Origin: Patescibacteria group bacterium
GTDB taxonomy: Bacteria > Patescibacteriota > Patescibacteriia > Patescibacteriales > UBA12465
Direction: 5' to 3'
Length of the DNA stretch: 64,000 nt
Assembly (NCBI GenBank): GCA_041661685.1
Contig: JBAZTY010000002.1
Span: 29,126 to 93,125 of the forward strand
In this document: piece after piece, positions 1 through 8,970 of the stretch
How the letters are laid out: the number at the start of each line of letters is the position of its first letter
How positions within the stretch are numbered: position 1 is the stretch's first letter
The notes under the pieces: model-generated
The model's database searches: none
Seen by the model: the letters and a program-made list of their open reading frames with translations, nothing else
What the model was told of the DNA's origin: nothing
Position numbers and translations under genes: made by a program

Positions 1-685
1 GGTTGATATTGGAAGATCCGCCCAAAGCTACTCCGGATTGGATCAGCTCTTTTTTCGTATCTTGTTTAGTCAGCTTTTTAATATCCTGCAAGAATTCTTT
101 ATTCCAGTATGGCGGAGCTTGGCTGATGCCGGCGTTATTGAATAAATCCTTGTTATAGAACATCGCTAAGGTGTCGACTGATAAAGGCAGGCCATAGACT
201 TTGCCGTCGTCGGAAATAACGTCATAACCGACCGCGTCGACGAAATTATCCCTTATTTCTTTGAGAGTCGGGCTATTAGTCGTCCGCAGCTCGATCGTCG
301 TTTCTTTTTTGAGAGTTCCTGAAACTACCGAGTAAGGTATGGTAATCGTCGCCGGCATCGTGACTATCTTAGATTCATATCCTTTTATCCAGGTATTATG
401 AATGGAAAATATGTCTGGTCCGCGGTCTTCCGCCAAAGCGTTGAGAAGCGCGTTTTCATATTCTTCGTAGCGCAGTTTTCGATATTCGATAGTGATATGA
501 GGATGAAGGGCTTTGTATTTGGCGATTATCTCTTGAAAAGCGTCGCTGTCATCGAAGACGCGCCAATAAGTCAGGGTGATCGGCGTCATGGCCGCTTGAG
601 TCTGCGCGCTGGGAGTTTTACAGCCGAAACCGGCGCTGAGAAGGAAAACCGCTAATAGAGAGAGAACTGTTAATTTTTTGAACAT
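1..685 (-). CDS. ABC-transporter extracellular solute-binding lipoprotein (N-terminal part; gene runs off window start)
   Basis: Open-ended, so absent from the ORF track. Reverse-strand ATG at 685-683 reads MFKKLTVLSLLAVFLLSAGFGC (signal peptide + lipobox Cys), then ITLTYWRVFDDSDAFQEIIAKYKALHPHITIEYRKLRYEEYENALLNALAEDRGPDIFSIHNTW. This is the typical N-lobe of family-1 solute-binding proteins. The frame stays open to nt 1. Confidence 0.75.
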   Translation of the reverse strand, partial: MFKKLTVLSLLAVFLLSAGFGCKTPSAQTQAAMTPITLTYWRVFDDSDAFQEIIAKYKALHPHITIEYRKLRYEEYENALLNALAEDRGPDIFSIHNTWIKGYESKIVTMPATITIPYSVVSGTLKKETTIELRTTNSPTLKEIRDNFVDAVGYDVISDDGKVYGLPLSVDTLAMFYNKDLFNNAGISQAPPYWNKEFLQDIKKLTKQDTKKELIQSGVALGGSSNIN

Positions 686-753
686 ATGAATAATTTTATT
701 TTGCTGGTTATATTATAGCAAAAAATAAGCATATGTTCCAATTGGCCCGGGCG

Positions 754-2280
754 CTAATCTGACCTCGGCCGATATTGCAAAGCTTCGGCGATATGCTCTG
801 ACAAAACATATTTTTCTTGGCTGAGATCCGCGATGGTGCGGGCTATCTTCATGATTTTGAAATAGGAACGAGCCGACAGCTTCAGCTTGTCGCTGGCTTC
901 ATTAAGCAGAGACTCCCCGCCTTTATCTAGGGAGCAGAAAGCCTTGATGAGCGGGCCGGGAATCTCGGCGTTGGTCAGGAGATGATGATCCTTAAAGCGT
1001 TGCGCCTGTATTTTTCTGGCCATTTCTATTTTTTTCTGGATATCGTCGGAAGAGAAATTATTAGTGAAATCATTATTTTTTTCATCCAGTTTTTTCCAAG
1101 AAACCCTGTCGACAGCGACATGAAGATCAATGCGATCCATTATCGGTCCCGACAGGCGACGTCTGTAGGCAGCGATTTGATTTTCTGTACAATGGCAGGC
1201 GCGGTCTTTAGTTCCATAATAGCCGCAAGGGCAAGGATTCATGGCTGCTAGCAGCGTGAAACGAGCGGGAAATCTCAGGCTTTTAGATGAGCGGCTGATA
1301 TTAATAAACCCTTCTTCTAGGGGTTGACGCAGATTTTCTAGGACCGAACGCGAGAATTCCGGAAATTCATCCAGGAATAAAACACCTCGATGAGCTAGGG
1401 ATATTTCTCCTGGATGTGGATAAGCCCCTCCGCCTATCAAGGAATGAGCGGAAGCGCTGTGATGAGGCGAACGAAAAGGCCGGCGATTAATGATAGCGGC
1501 ATCTTTTAATTCTCCAGCGGCGCTGTATATTTTAGTTATTTCTAATTTTTCGGAAAAATTCAAATCCGGCAGGATACCAGACATAGCGCTAGCGAGCATG
1601 GTCTTGCCTGATCCCGGGGGTCCGCATAATAAAAGATTGTGTCCTCCGGCCGCGGCGATTTCTAGCGCGCGCTTGGCTTTTTCTTGCCCCTTGATGTCGC
1701 TTAAGTTAAAATGACGGATGTTTTGTTCTGATTTAGTAATTATCGGGGGCTGAAATTCAGAAATTAATGATTTATCCTGGAGGTGCTCGGTTATTTGCCG
1801 TAAGCTTGTAACCGGAAAGATTATCAGACCGCCAATGAGGCTAGCTTCGATGGCGTTATTTTCGGGCACGAATAAGGTCGTCAGGCCCACTTGCTTAGCC
1901 GCTATCGCCATTGATAAAACGCCGTTTATCGGACGCACTTCGCCACTCAAAGATAATTCTCCGACCAGAATAGCTTTTGAAACACCAGCAGAAAATTTAT
2001 TATTAAGCGCTAAGATGCTGATAGCTATCGGCAGATCATAAGCCGGACCGCGCTTTCTTAAATCAGCGGGGGCGAGGTTAACGGTAATTTTGCGGCGAGG
2101 GAAAGGGAGGCCGCAATTACGCAAGGCGCTCCGGACGCGTTCTTTTGATTCAGACACAGCCGTGTCAGGCAGTCCGACAATAGTTATTAGGCCGAAATCG
2201 CCGCCGCCGGCATCAGCCTCGACCGCGATTATCTTGGCCTCAAGGCCGTCGAGGGCGGCTGACCAGATTCTTGTAGGCAT
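754..2280 (-). CDS. comM: ComM/YifB Mg-chelatase-like AAA+ ATPase
   Basis: 508 aa. Lon-like N-terminal domain, Walker A LLLCGPPGSGKTMLA, ChlI/YifB-type C-terminal region with CPCGYYG Cys cluster. TAG stop. Confidence 0.9.
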   Translation of the reverse strand: MPTRIWSAALDGLEAKIIAVEADAGGGDFGLITIVGLPDTAVSESKERVRSALRNCGLPFPRRKITVNLAPADLRKRGPAYDLPIAISILALNNKFSAGVSKAILVGELSLSGEVRPINGVLSMAIAAKQVGLTTLFVPENNAIEASLIGGLIIFPVTSLRQITEHLQDKSLISEFQPPIITKSEQNIRHFNLSDIKGQEKAKRALEIAAAGGHNLLLCGPPGSGKTMLASAMSGILPDLNFSEKLEITKIYSAAGELKDAAIINRRPFRSPHHSASAHSLIGGGAYPHPGEISLAHRGVLFLDEFPEFSRSVLENLRQPLEEGFINISRSSKSLRFPARFTLLAAMNPCPCGYYGTKDRACHCTENQIAAYRRRLSGPIMDRIDLHVAVDRVSWKKLDEKNNDFTNNFSSDDIQKKIEMARKIQAQRFKDHHLLTNAEIPGPLIKAFCSLDKGGESLLNEASDKLKLSARSYFKIMKIARTIADLSQEKYVLSEHIAEALQYRPRSD

Positions 2281-2310
2281 ATTTTTATAAAGTTATTTTT
2301 TATTCAGTTT

Positions 2311-2341
2311 AACAAAAAGGCCATCCTTGATTAGGATGGTC
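2311..2341 (-). terminator. Intrinsic terminator downstream of smc
   Basis: Stem GGCCATCC / GGATGGTC (one G.T pair), 7-nt loop. The A-run on the plus strand gives a U-run on the minus transcript. Confidence 0.6.
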
Positions 2342-2425
2342 TTATGTTAGAATATGGCGGCTTAAGGAAAATTAAATTTTTTCTAAATAATGATTAGGTT
2401 CAGGTATTATCGCGGCGATAAATCT

Positions 2426-5400
2426 TTAGCGTCCGGCGAGATTAATCTCGTCTAGCTTGACGCTGAGGAGCTTACTGACTCCGTCCGCTTCCATAGTCAC
2501 TCCGTAGAGGATGCTGGCCTTGCGCATGCAGGCGCGGTTATGAGTGATAACGATGAATTGTGTCTTATTGGATAAGTCGTCAAGAATGCTGGCCAAGCGT
2601 TCGGAATTCGCTTCATCAAGCGCGGCGTCGACTTCGTCGAGGACGACGAAAGGCGAAGGATTGGCGCTGATGATGGCGCAGATAAGCGCGATGGCCGTCA
2701 AAGCGCGTTCGCCTCCGGACAGCATCGTGACTGTTTGGATCTTTTTGCCCGGAGGAGTAGCCTGGATTTCGATGCCGGCCAGGCCGACAGCGTTATGCTT
2801 TTTGAGGAATTTTATTTTTTTCAATTTTTCGTCCGTCTGGCTCTTTATTTCCACCTCAGCCGGAGTTAGGCCGCTTATTTCCGCTTTAGCGGCGGGGATG
2901 TTCTTCGCTTCTTCTTTTTCAAGATCTTCTGTCATGACTTTGGATATTTTGGCATTGCCGCCGCTGAAGAGGATTTTAAAATATTCATTAAATTTCTCGG
3001 AGATGACCTTGAACTCGGCATCGAAGCGGTCCTTGATATTCAAGTCCAGTTCGTAAATTATCTCCTCTAAAGACTTGATGGCGTTGTCGAGATCTTCGAC
3101 TTGGCCGCTCAGGAAATCATAGCGTTCTTTGGTTTCTTGATATTCTTTCTCTGCTTCCGGATCAATGCCGCCGATTTGTTCTAACTGGTTCTTATTATTG
3201 GATAGGCGTTTCTGCAAAAGATTAACATCAATAGCCGCTTCAGCCGTGCGATAATCTTTAATTTCGGAAATATCCAATTCCTCGCCGCGGATATTAGCCT
3301 CCAAGTCTTCCAGTCTCGTTTCTTGGCGGGTCGCCTCAATCTTCAAGCCGTTAAGCTGATCAGAAATATCATTCACTTCTGCCTGGAGCGCTTGGATATT
3401 TTTCTGGCATTCGAACATCTGGGTTTTTTCCTTATCTTTTTCGCGGTTAAGCTCTTCGAGCTTATCTTCTATTTCTTTTATTTCAGCGTTCAGGCCGGTT
3501 AATTTTTCATTGATCTCTTTTTTCTCGACTTCGATGCCGCTAGCATCGAATTTAATCTGGCTCTTGGAGATCTTAGTTTTGATATCTTCAATTTCTTTTT
3601 CGCTCTGGATTTTCTTGGCGCGCAGCATACGCAAACGCTCGTCTATGGCCGAAGCCTTAAGGCGATAGTCCTGAATCTTGGATAAAGCCGCCTGCCTCTT
3701 CTCATTCAGTTCCGCCAGGCGGTCATTTTTGGCTAATTCAGTCGTCTCTTTTTCTAAAATTATTATTTTTTTATTTATTTCAGATTTTTCATTCTCGATC
3801 TTAGAAGCGTCGAATTTTATCTGGGCTTTGTCGAGCTTGGCTTTAATGTCGATTATCTCTCGGCTAGTCTGCTTCTCCTTGTCTTCCAGTAAACGCAAGC
3901 GCTCATTAACTGAAGACAGGCGTAATCTTTCGTCATTCAAGCGGTTATTAGCTTCTTGACGCTCTTCAGTCAGGGAGATAATTTCCGTCTGAATATCTTT
4001 TATTCGCTGGATATCGTCGCCATGGCCGCCGGAGATAAGCGCTTGGATCTTGCCTTTAAATTCAGCTTTAGCAGAGGCGATCATCTTCTTTATCTTTTCT
4101 AAATCGCTTTCATGGCCGATGGTATCTAATTGTTTTAGGAATTCATCGATGACGCGGCTGATTTCTTCGTTCTGATTACCAGCCGTGCTCTCTTTTTTCA
4201 GTTCTTTATTAATAGTCTCTATTTCCGCATTTAAGTGGCCCAGTTTTTCCTGGATAGCGCTCAGCTTGTTTTCCAGATCTATCTTTTCGGCCTGATTATT
4301 TTCCGAACGGAGGCGTTCAATCTCCCGAGACAGCTCGTCGAGTTCTTTAGTTAGCTCTTCGTTCTTATTGTTTAGCCAAGAAACATCGAACTGCCCCTGG
4401 ATTTCCAGATTTGCTTCGAGCACAGCTTCTAACTTAGATATCTGCCGCAGATATTGATCTTTTTCCGCGTTCAGCTGATTTATTTTTCTCCTAATATCAT
4501 TAGCTTTCTCTATTTCTTGATTAATGAAGTGTAACTCCTCATTAAGAGCCGTCTCATCTTTAGAAGAATTATTTTTTTCGTTAGCGGCAATCTCAGAATT
4601 CATGTTTTCCAATTCAGCGCTTAATTCTCCTTGCTTGTTATTCAGCCAGGAGACGTCGAACTGCCCTTGCGATTCTAATTGGACTTCTAATTCCGCTTGG
4701 AGCTTGGCTAGCTGTTTCAGATATTGATTTTTTCTGGCTTCTAAATCCTTGAGGCGCGGAGTCAATTCATTTATTTCTCGGAAATTATCAGTATTTCTGA
4801 TTTTGTTCAGTTCTTCATTAAGTTTATCTAATTTTTTTTCGCGTTCCAGCTTCAATCTCTCGCTTTCTAAGAAGCGAGCATTGAAAGAATCGAGCTTCTT
4901 ATTGATATCCTGCCAGAGATAGCCATAATAATTTAATTGGTCGCCTTTCAATTCTGATTCTATTTCGCCGCGGCGTTTTAATTTTTCGACTTGGCGAGTC
5001 AAGCTCTTGAGACGCGGCTTAATTTCTGAAAGCAGCATGTCGACTTGCTGAAGATTTTCATAACTATTCTCTAACTTATTCAGAGCGGAATCGCGCTTGA
5101 TCTGGAATTGCTTGACGCCGGTCGCTTCGTCGAAGAAATCTTTCCTATCAGCGGCTGAAGAGCTCAAGAAATTTTCGACCATGCCTTGGCCGATGACGCT
5201 ATAGGTTTTCTGTCCGAAATTGGCTTTAGCCAGAAGCATCTGGATATCAGCTAACCGGACGCGGTTGTTATTTAATAAATATTCGCTTTCGCCGCTCCGA
5301 TAGAGGCGGCGGGTGATGACGATTTCGCCGCAGCTGGCAATCAACTGATCAAGATCGCTTTCTTTTTCAATCGTTTCGGGGGCGTCAGCTTTATTTTTAA

Positions 5401-5689
5401 GAGCTTCGGCATTATTCAAATATAAAGACACCTCGGCTAGGCTGAGCTGGCTTTTCTGGTCGGAGCCGGAAAAGATGATATCTTCGCTTTTTTTACCGCG
5501 CAAGGTCTTCAGGCTTTGTTCGCCTAAGGCCCAGCGGACGGCATCGGCGACGTTTGATTTTCCGGAACCGTTCGGACCGACGATCGCCGTCAGGCCTCTT
5601 TTCTGTTTATCGATCAATCCGGAGAAGATGAGCTTATTCTTATGAGCAAAGGATTTAAAACCCTGAACTTCCAGTTTTTCTAGATACAT
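2426..5689 (-). CDS. smc: SMC chromosome-condensation ATPase (atypical: no recognisable hinge)
   Basis: The ORF-track start at 5797 is an upstream extension. The conserved SMC N-terminus MYLEKLEVQGFKSF starts at the ATG at 5689. Walker A GPNGSGKSN, Q-loop IGQGMV, signature LSGGE, Walker B VVLDEVDAALD, long heptad-rich arms. Confidence 0.85.
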   Translation of the reverse strand: MYLEKLEVQGFKSFAHKNKLIFSGLIDKQKRGLTAIVGPNGSGKSNVADAVRWALGEQSLKTLRGKKSEDIIFSGSDQKSQLSLAEVSLYLNNAEALKNKADAPETIEKESDLDQLIASCGEIVITRRLYRSGESEYLLNNNRVRLADIQMLLAKANFGQKTYSVIGQGMVENFLSSSAADRKDFFDEATGVKQFQIKRDSALNKLENSYENLQQVDMLLSEIKPRLKSLTRQVEKLKRRGEIESELKGDQLNYYGYLWQDINKKLDSFNARFLESERLKLEREKKLDKLNEELNKIRNTDNFREINELTPRLKDLEARKNQYLKQLAKLQAELEVQLESQGQFDVSWLNNKQGELSAELENMNSEIAANEKNNSSKDETALNEELHFINQEIEKANDIRRKINQLNAEKDQYLRQISKLEAVLEANLEIQGQFDVSWLNNKNEELTKELDELSREIERLRSENNQAEKIDLENKLSAIQEKLGHLNAEIETINKELKKESTAGNQNEEISRVIDEFLKQLDTIGHESDLEKIKKMIASAKAEFKGKIQALISGGHGDDIQRIKDIQTEIISLTEERQEANNRLNDERLRLSSVNERLRLLEDKEKQTSREIIDIKAKLDKAQIKFDASKIENEKSEINKKIIILEKETTELAKNDRLAELNEKRQAALSKIQDYRLKASAIDERLRMLRAKKIQSEKEIEDIKTKISKSQIKFDASGIEVEKKEINEKLTGLNAEIKEIEDKLEELNREKDKEKTQMFECQKNIQALQAEVNDISDQLNGLKIEATRQETRLEDLEANIRGEELDISEIKDYRTAEAAIDVNLLQKRLSNNKNQLEQIGGIDPEAEKEYQETKERYDFLSGQVEDLDNAIKSLEEIIYELDLNIKDRFDAEFKVISEKFNEYFKILFSGGNAKISKVMTEDLEKEEAKNIPAAKAEISGLTPAEVEIKSQTDEKLKKIKFLKKHNAVGLAGIEIQATPPGKKIQTVTMLSGGERALTAIALICAIISANPSPFVVLDEVDAALDEANSERLASILDDLSNKTQFIVITHNRACMRKASILYGVTMEADGVSKLLSVKLDEINLAGR

Positions 5690-5759
5690 TTGTTTTCTTG
5701 GATTATTTTGTATACTATATATCATAGACAATAATAACGAAAAAGTAAAAAGAATCATT

Positions 5760-6329
5760 ATGATCATCTCTTTGAGCGGAGCCCCGGGTTCAGGCAAGAG
5801 TACAGTCGCGCAGATGTTGGCCGAGAAATTAGGCTGGCAGCGCTATTATATGGGAAGAATTTGGAGGGAAATGGCCAGTAAACACGGAGTGGACGTGATG
5901 GCTTACAGTAAATTAAATGAAAGTAGCCCCGATAAGGACAAAGAGGTTGATGAATATCAAAGAGAATTGGGCAAGGATAAAGATAATTTTGTCATAGAAG
6001 GAAGAACTTCTTGGTATTTTATCCCCCATTCTTTTAAGATATTTTTAGATGTTGATTCAGAGGAGGGAGCAAAACGTATTTTTGGCGCTGTGCAACATAA
6101 AAATAGCCGAAACGAAGGTGATAATTTGGCTACATGGCAAGATGTTTTGGCTAGTAATAAAGAAAGAACCGCCAGTGACAACGGACGTTATTTAAAATAT
6201 TATGGCATTGATGTAACTAATAGAAACAACTATGATTTCTATCTGGACACGACAGACCTGACCCCTGATCAAGTTTTTTCTTTGGTTTTAAAAGCGGTTC
6301 AGGAAAGGCTTGACAATAAGAAAAATTAA
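5760..6329 (+). CDS. cmk: Archaeal-type cytidylate kinase-like nucleoside monophosphate kinase
   Basis: 189 aa. P-loop MIISLSGAPGSGKSTVAQMLAEKLG at the extreme N-terminus. Overall pattern of Cytidylate_kin2-type kinases. Confidence 0.65.
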   Translation: MIISLSGAPGSGKSTVAQMLAEKLGWQRYYMGRIWREMASKHGVDVMAYSKLNESSPDKDKEVDEYQRELGKDKDNFVIEGRTSWYFIPHSFKIFLDVDSEEGAKRIFGAVQHKNSRNEGDNLATWQDVLASNKERTASDNGRYLKYYGIDVTNRNNYDFYLDTTDLTPDQVFSLVLKAVQERLDNKKN

Positions 6330-6338
6330 TTATAATAT
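6310..6338 (+). promoter_or_regulatory. Candidate promoter for rplS inside the end of cmk
   Basis: TTGACA (6310-6315), 17 nt, TAATAT (6333-6338). An AACGAGAT/ATCTCGTT hairpin near 6375-6397 would then lie in the rplS 5' UTR. Confidence 0.4.
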
Positions 6339-6414
6339 TAGACAAGATTTGCCTTATTAATAAGCATTCAAAAAACGAGATCTAATCAATCTCGTTTATA
6401 TAATTATCAACAAT

Positions 6415-6741
6415 ATGGTTGAGACCAAATTAGAACTCAAACCCGGGATGACCGTCAGAGTTCATCAGAAGATTAAAGAATTGAATTCTAAGGGAGAGGA
6501 AAAAGAGAGAATTCAGTATTTCGAAGGCATGATTATCGCCCGCAAGCACAATAAGGAGGCTGGGGCGACTATTACGGTCAGAAAGATGTCCGAAGGTATC
6601 GGCGTGGAGAAGATCTTTCCGCTGAATCTGCCTACTATCACCAAGATCGAAATCAAGAAAGAAGCCGCTGTCAAGCGCGCTAAGCTTTATTATCTCCGCG
6701 ATGGCTATAAGAAAAAATTGAAAGAGAAGGTCGTTAAGTAA
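6415..6741 (+). CDS. rplS: 50S ribosomal protein L19
   Basis: 108 aa. [12 protein letters not shown]...[15 protein letters not shown]...[25 protein letters not shown] matches the L19 family pattern. Confidence 0.9.
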   Translation: MVETKLELKPGMTVRVHQKIKELNSKGEEKERIQYFEGMIIARKHNKEAGATITVRKMSEGIGVEKIFPLNLPTITKIEIKKEAAVKRAKLYYLRDGYKKKLKEKVVK

Positions 6742-6759
6742 TTAACGGCTTTTTCCGTC

Positions 6760-6846
6760 GGGCGAATGGTGAAACTGGTAGACACGCAAGCTTGAGGTGC
6801 TTGTGGCCGCAAGGCTGTGGAGGTTCAAGTCCTCTTTCGCCCACCA
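6760..6846 (+). tRNA. tRNA-Leu (anticodon GAG), CCA encoded
   Basis: Acceptor GGGCGAA/TTCGCCC. Anticodon arm CAAGC-TTGAGGT-GCTTG. Long variable arm. T-arm GGAGG-TTCAAGT-CCTCT. Ends in ACCA. Confidence 0.9.
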
Positions 6847-6879
6847 GACGCTCAGATACCGTGGCGCTAAGCGCCAAGA

Positions 6880-6953
6880 GGGCGCATAGCTCAGCTGGTT
6901 AGAGCACTTCGTTTACACCGAAGGGGTCCAGGGTTCGAATCCTTGTGCGCCCA
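6880..6953 (+). tRNA. tRNA-Val (anticodon TAC)
   Basis: Acceptor GGGCGCA/TGCGCCC. D-arm GCTC..GAGC. Anticodon arm CTTCG-TTTACAC-CGAAG. T-loop TTCGAAT. 74 nt cloverleaf. Confidence 0.9.
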
Positions 6954-6960
6954 CAAAGTT

Positions 6961-6990
6961 AAAATAACGACCCGAAGAGGTCGTTATTTT
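6961..6990 (+). terminator. Intrinsic terminator after the tRNA-Leu/Val pair
   Basis: 10-bp stem AATAACGACC / GGTCGTTATT, followed by a T-rich tail. Confidence 0.7.
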
Positions 6991-7042
6991 AATTTCTGTC
7001 GGTACGACAGGGATTCGAAGTTTATGCCTGTTTTCGTCGTCA

Positions 7043-7071
7043 TTGACAAAATCTAAATTTAGTAGTATAAT
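7043..7071 (+). promoter_or_regulatory. Sigma70-type promoter
   Basis: TTGACA (7043-7048), exactly 17 nt, TATAAT (7066-7071). Lies upstream of the 7145 gene. Confidence 0.65.
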
Positions 7072-7144
7072 ATAATTAACCTATATTAGTTAAAAATAGG
7101 CTAAAAAGGACGTTAACAAAAAAATAACCAAAACGATATTATTC

Positions 7145-8179
7145 ATGAAAACAAACCGTAAACCTGACGGCTTGAGAGCCCATGCGGCTTTCGTCGTCGT
7201 GATGATTTTATTGTCGATCTTCTCCTTATTTTCCTGTTCCAGCTGCGATGATCCCTATGAGCCGCCCCCAGTTGTTCTGGTAAAGCCAGCGGTGATAATT
7301 AAGGACGTCATTAGCGTCGACACTACTAATGCTGTTATTGCAGCGTCGGTCATCCCGAATGAGAAAGATACTTACATTTCTTTCGAGATTAAGAAAAAAA
7401 CCAGTGTTGACTGGGAAGTTATCCTTTTATCCGAAACCTACAGCGGTCAAAGTTCGATTGATCTAAGTTACGATCTCTCGGATTTACAAAAGAACACCGT
7501 ATATGTTTTCAGGATTAAAGCTTCTAACGAAGCCGGGGACACCATTAGCGACATCAAGGAATTTTTCACTTACGCGGTAGCTGACTACGATGGCAATCTG
7601 TATCACGCGGTTACCATAGGCACCCAGACTTGGCTAAGAGAGAACCTTGAGGCTACTCATTACGCCAATGGCGATCCCATCCCCAATATAATTGATCCTG
7701 ATGCCTGGGAAACTCTGACTGTTGGAAATTATTGTTATTACAATAACGACCCTGAGCTCGGAGAAGTCTATGGCGCGTTGTATAATCATTATGCCGCCGT
7801 TGACCCTAGAGGTTTCATTGTCGGTTGGCACACCCCGACAACTTACGAGTTTGTCACCTTGGATAATTTTCTGGGTCACTACTGGCTCTCAGGACCGGCC
7901 TTAATGGAAGCGGGTTTAGCCCATTGGATTAGTCCGGCTATACCCGGGAATAACAGCACAGGATTTACCGCGTTACCGAATGGAGGTTTTGCTCATGACC
8001 CCATAACTCTTAAATTTGTTTTTATGAATTTAAGAGAAGACGCTATATGGTGGAGCGCCACGACGGTTGGGCCTCTAGATGCTTATCTGGTGGACATTGA
8101 CCACCACAATTCCTGGTTAGCCATTGGGGGCTATTACCCGAGAAACATCGCGGCTGGCATTAGGTTGTTAAAGAATTAG
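7145..8179 (+). CDS. Lipoprotein with N-terminal Ig/FN3-like region and C-terminal Fibrobacter-succinogenes-major-paralogous (FISUMP) domain
   Basis: Signal peptide + Cys (LFSCSSC). The C-terminal half reads YDGNLYHAVTIGTQTWLRENL...GWHTPTTYEF...GFTALPNGG...WWSAT...GIRLLKN, which follows the TIGR02145-type pattern from memory. Confidence 0.7.
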   Translation: MKTNRKPDGLRAHAAFVVVMILLSIFSLFSCSSCDDPYEPPPVVLVKPAVIIKDVISVDTTNAVIAASVIPNEKDTYISFEIKKKTSVDWEVILLSETYSGQSSIDLSYDLSDLQKNTVYVFRIKASNEAGDTISDIKEFFTYAVADYDGNLYHAVTIGTQTWLRENLEATHYANGDPIPNIIDPDAWETLTVGNYCYYNNDPELGEVYGALYNHYAAVDPRGFIVGWHTPTTYEFVTLDNFLGHYWLSGPALMEAGLAHWISPAIPGNNSTGFTALPNGGFAHDPITLKFVFMNLREDAIWWSATTVGPLDAYLVDIDHHNSWLAIGGYYPRNIAAGIRLLKN

Positions 8180-8188
8180 GATATCAAA

Positions 8189-8216
8189 GGGCGCTTAAAA
8201 TAAGCGTCCTTTTTTC
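8189..8216 (+). terminator. Intrinsic terminator
   Basis: 9-bp stem GGGCGCTTA / TAAGCGTCC (one G.T pair), 3-nt loop, then TTTTTTC. Confidence 0.75.
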
Positions 8217-8232
8217 TTGGGGATAAATAGCA

Positions 8233-8261
8233 TTGTCGATTTAATGGAAAAATGGTATTAT
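8233..8261 (+). promoter_or_regulatory. Extended -10 promoter (copy 1 of a duplicated promoter)
   Basis: TTGTCG (8233-8238), 17 nt, TGgTATTAT (-10 at 8256-8261). 28 of 38 ungapped positions (8225-8262) are identical to 11368-11405. Confidence 0.6.
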
Positions 8262-8286
8262 CTTATTAGAGTTAATTTTAAAAAAT

Positions 8287-8970
8287 ATGCTCAAATCTCA
8301 ATTTTTAAAAAGTATGAAATCATTCGTCTTGCGTTTCAAATTTGTGAGCCTGGCCATCCTAGCAATCTTGATTCTTATTCCGGTGGTAGTTTTTGCGCTT
8401 AATAACCCGCTTACCGGTTATGATGTTCAACAAAACGCGCTGAGTATGCCTGTATTCTTCATGGACAACGCTACGACTGTGCATGCTACCGGAGTCTGTA
8501 TTAATAACATTACCGGCGATAGCCGAACCGACTCGTCTCATATAGTCGGTATCGATTATTTCGTTCCGACTAAGACGTCTACTGAATTTGCTAATTTTTC
8601 CGCTTTTAAAAATTCTACTTATCTCATTCCTGTGGCCTGTTACGGAGACCTCATCTGTTCGCCTCTTATCGGCGAAAATTGCGCCAACGACCCTCTGGAT
8701 TGTGGCACCTGCGTCTATACCGGGGGGCCTTGCGATTATGACGAAGTCTGCGATCAAGACGAGGGACAGGATTGCACAGATTGCGACGCTTATTGCGATA
8801 ATGACTGTATCTGCGAAGATCATGATGTTTTTATATCCGATTGCCTTGATTGCTATCCTTATACAAACTGCGGCAGCGCCTTTAGTGGTTGCTGGTGCGG
8901 CGACGGATACTGCGACGGATACTGCGAAGATTATGGTTCTTGCGCTCAAGACTGCCCCTTCGGCACCTAA
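8287..8970 (+). CDS. Membrane-anchored/secreted Cys- and Asp-rich protein
   Basis: 227 aa. N-terminal hydrophobic helix. The C-terminal ~110 aa hold about 25 Cys in CxxDC / CGDGYCDGYCEDYGSCAQDC-type spacing with many Asp. Two overlapping alternative-frame ORFs are treated as spurious. Confidence 0.6.
   Translation: MLKSQFLKSMKSFVLRFKFVSLAILAILILIPVVVFALNNPLTGYDVQQNALSMPVFFMDNATTVHATGVCINNITGDSRTDSSHIVGIDYFVPTKTSTEFANFSAFKNSTYLIPVACYGDLICSPLIGENCANDPLDCGTCVYTGGPCDYDEVCDQDEGQDCTDCDAYCDNDCICEDHDVFISDCLDCYPYTNCGSAFSGCWCGDGYCDGYCEDYGSCAQDCPFGT

Noticed and set aside
398-655. 85-aa plus-strand ORF
   Set aside because: It lies antisense inside the well-supported solute-binding-protein gene (1..685, minus strand), and its sequence has no recognisable features.
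5690-5797. 36-codon N-terminal extension of the SMC ORF in the ORF track (MPEPGAPLKEMIIMILFTF...)
   Set aside because: The conserved SMC N-terminus (MYLEKLEVQGFKSF) begins at the internal ATG at 5689. The extension would also overlap the divergent cmk start region at 5760.
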